Positions 62,217-64,000 of a stretch of 64,000 nucleotides of DNA are shown here, piece after piece. The position numbers were made by a program, and so were the translations under genes. Under the pieces are notes generated by a model. That model was not told the origin of the DNA. It made no database searches and saw only the letters and a list, made by a program, of their open reading frames with translations. Source of the stretch: Acidimicrobiales bacterium (lineage in GTDB: Bacteria > Actinomycetota > Acidimicrobiia > Acidimicrobiales > Aldehydirespiratoraceae); the NCBI GenBank assembly GCA_022425325.1, contig JAKMFW010000015.1, positions 15,937 to 79,936 of the forward strand, written 5' to 3'. How positions within the stretch are numbered: the first letter of the stretch is position 1; every line of letters starts with the position of its first letter.

Positions 62217-63083
62217 TCAGACGGCAACCGGTTCCCGACGCCAGAGTTCGGGATACAGGGGACCCCCGACCCGATCGCCCGGGGCGAGACCGTGCTCGGT
62301 CATCACCTGGGAATGGTCGGGGTCCATGCCCTCCGGCCGGAACATGACCCGGACATCGTCGCCGAGCCATTGGGTGTTGAACACCTTGAGGTCTCGATCC
62401 GGGTGCAACAGGCCCGATCCACCATGGATCATCCGGGCGTTGAAGATCGCCACGTCGCCGGGTTCCATGTCCCAGCTCAGGATCTCGTACTGCTCCCGAT
62501 TGCCCTCGATATCGGGAAACGGCTCGAGCTCGCCCTCGAGCTGGTCGTAGACGACCTGGTCGCGTTCGTCACCGGTGAGCGCCCCGAAGTTGGTCTGGGC
62601 GTAGCGCACGTCCCAGGCGTGGGAGCCCTTCACGAACTCGAGGGCGCTGCGCTTCGCGACCGGCACGAGCGGCATCCACGCCGAGCAGGTGTCGAACCCT
62701 TCGACCGACCAGTAGGGCTCGTCCTGGTGGAACGGCGTGCGGAACTGGCTCCCGGTGCTGCGAGTGAAGATGGCATCGAAGAAGAAGTTCACTGCCTCGA
62801 CGTTCATCACCCGACCGGCGAGCTCCGCCATCGGCGAGTTCTCGACGAAGTCCCGGTATTCCGGAATCTCCTGCCAGACCTGGGAGTCGTAGAACGTGAC
62901 CCGGCCATGCTCGTCTCTGTTCCACACCCGACCTCGAGGCGACGGGTCGACGACGTTGCGCTCGAGGCCCGCCGTGAGCTTCTCGATCCAATCCGGGTTG
63001 ATGACCTGTCGAAGACAGACGACGCCGTCAGTGGCGAAGTCGACAATGTGCTGATGCGTGATGACGTCAGCGAGGTTGGACAC
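62217..63083 (-). CDS. phytanoyl-CoA dioxygenase (PhyH)-family Fe(II)/2-oxoglutarate oxygenase
   Basis: 288 aa. FHQDEPYW (HxD facial triad) and the later MIHGG His. Family-level call only. Confidence 0.8.
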   Translation of the reverse strand: MSNLADVITHQHIVDFATDGVVCLRQVINPDWIEKLTAGLERNVVDPSPRGRVWNRDEHGRVTFYDSQVWQEIPEYRDFVENSPMAELAGRVMNVEAVNFFFDAIFTRSTGSQFRTPFHQDEPYWSVEGFDTCSAWMPLVPVAKRSALEFVKGSHAWDVRYAQTNFGALTGDERDQVVYDQLEGELEPFPDIEGNREQYEILSWDMEPGDVAIFNARMIHGGSGLLHPDRDLKVFNTQWLGDDVRVMFRPEGMDPDHSQVMTEHGLAPGDRVGGPLYPELWRREPVAV

Positions 63084-63123
63084 GGGACACCCCCTTCGCA
63101 GGCCGGTTGGAATCCGGCGCAGC

Positions 63124-63954
63124 CTAGATGCCGGCGAGGTACGCGAGCGTCGCTTCCCAGGAAGGCGACGCCGGGTCGATGACGTCGAAGTGCCCTTCGT
63201 CCTCGAAGATCAAGGCGTCGACGCTGTCGCCAGCCTTGTCGATGTAGGGCGCCACCACCTCGAACGGCACGTCGTCGTCGCGCAGACCGTGCACGATCAA
63301 CTGAGGGACCTTCACCGGGAGCCGCCGAGCGGGGTCGGCCTCGTCGTATGCCGCGGGAATCTGCTCGGGAGTGCCGCCCATGAACCCCTCGACCGCACCG
63401 CGCCCGAGATCCAACGAGCCAGCGAGATCGGCGACGGGGGCCTGACCCACCACGAGCCGAGGAACGACGACGGGGTCATCACGCTGACCGACCCAGAGTG
63501 CGAGATGCCCACCGGCGGAGTGCCCGATGACGAACACCCGGTCGAGATCGAGGGGCGCATCGATACGGGCAAGGGCGTCGATCGCCGTCGCAATGTCGTC
63601 GAGCGTTCCCGGATAGCCACCGCCTTCGTCGCCGACCCGCCGATACTCGAAATTCCAGGTGGCGTACCCCTTCGAACGGGCGTTGGCGGCCTGTGGTTCG
63701 GACAGGCTGCTGTCGTACGTGTTGCGCCAGAACCCGCCATGGATGAAGGCAATCAACGGGAACGGCCCCTCCCCGGCGTCGATGGGCAACCGGAGGCTGC
63801 CGACCTGCTGAGGCGAGTCGCCGTACCTGACCGAGTCGCCGATGCCGACCTCGAGGACCCCCGAGTCGGTCACGGCCGGGATGGTCTCGTCACCGGGCCC
63901 GTCGGCGCCACACGCCGCGACGAGCACGGCGAGGACGAGCAGGAGCGGACGCAC
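63124..63954 (-). CDS. lipoprotein alpha/beta hydrolase (esterase/lipase, HGGxW type)
   Basis: 276 aa. GTG start. Signal peptide plus lipobox LVAAC. Oxyanion motif IHGGFW, nucleophile GHSAGG, and a C-terminal D...H. Confidence 0.75.
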   Translation of the reverse strand: MRPLLLVLAVLVAACGADGPGDETIPAVTDSGVLEVGIGDSVRYGDSPQQVGSLRLPIDAGEGPFPLIAFIHGGFWRNTYDSSLSEPQAANARSKGYATWNFEYRRVGDEGGGYPGTLDDIATAIDALARIDAPLDLDRVFVIGHSAGGHLALWVGQRDDPVVVPRLVVGQAPVADLAGSLDLGRGAVEGFMGGTPEQIPAAYDEADPARRLPVKVPQLIVHGLRDDDVPFEVVAPYIDKAGDSVDALIFEDEGHFDVIDPASPSWEATLAYLAGI

Positions 63955-64000
63955 TCATGCCCCATCGGCGACATCGCGTTCGATCGCCCCCGATGCGAGC

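Noticed and set aside
63955-64000. An open minus-strand frame at the window edge, ending in TGA at 63955-63957 (...LASGAIERDVADGA*), immediately upstream of the esterase start.
   Set aside because: Only 15 codons are visible. That is too little to support a gene call or a function.

Overview
The window is a 64-kb stretch of very GC-rich chromosome, densely packed with genes on both strands. It looks actinobacterial. The evidence is mycothiol-type enzymes (an MscR-like formaldehyde dehydrogenase and a mycoredoxin-like CGFC protein), an Rpf-type transglycosylase, an inositol-3-phosphate synthase, and many apparently leaderless genes. I cannot place it more precisely from sequence alone.

I support about 65 protein genes and one tRNA-Ala(CGC). 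I found no rRNA, CRISPR array, transposase or integrase.

Gene content, in order:
- A molybdenum-cofactor/envelope block: moaC-moaA-moeA-galU, plsY, fmdB-like, SAF, uppP.
- One tldD followed by two TldE/PmbA paralogues.
- An Aur1-like PAP2 protein and dxs.
- Nfu, an ABC-F ATPase and a DrrAB-like exporter.
- An Rpf-like gene and ferrochelatase.
- An orphan ParA locus and a Cas4-like nuclease.
- A lone type IIA topoisomerase B subunit.
- A long run of acyl-CoA/redox genes (ACADs, enoyl-CoA hydratases, SDRs, amidohydrolases, methyltransferases, a thiolase-like protein, and a flavin reductase/oxygenase pair).
- Transporters, tag, an aquaporin operon, a LysR-ino1 pair, and two lipoprotein hydrolases.

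Observations most worth a second look:
1. Two same-frame ORFs at 45096-46283 (-) are separated only by TGA. Read through, they give one PrdB/GrdB-family protein with a U-x-x-C motif and a SECIS-like hairpin downstream, so this is a probable selenoprotein. It heads a translationally coupled operon with a TetR regulator, an SRPBCC protein and a sulfatase::DJ-1/PfpI fusion. A perfect palindrome sits inside its promoter.
2. A 4 x 21-bp tandem repeat of CGCGCG-CTT-CGCGCG palindromes with phased A-tracts lies just upstream of a ParA gene. The ParA gene is flanked by two small unknown proteins, so this may be a type-Ib-like partition or positioning module.

All functional calls come from reading the translations and remembering family motifs. 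No searches were run.
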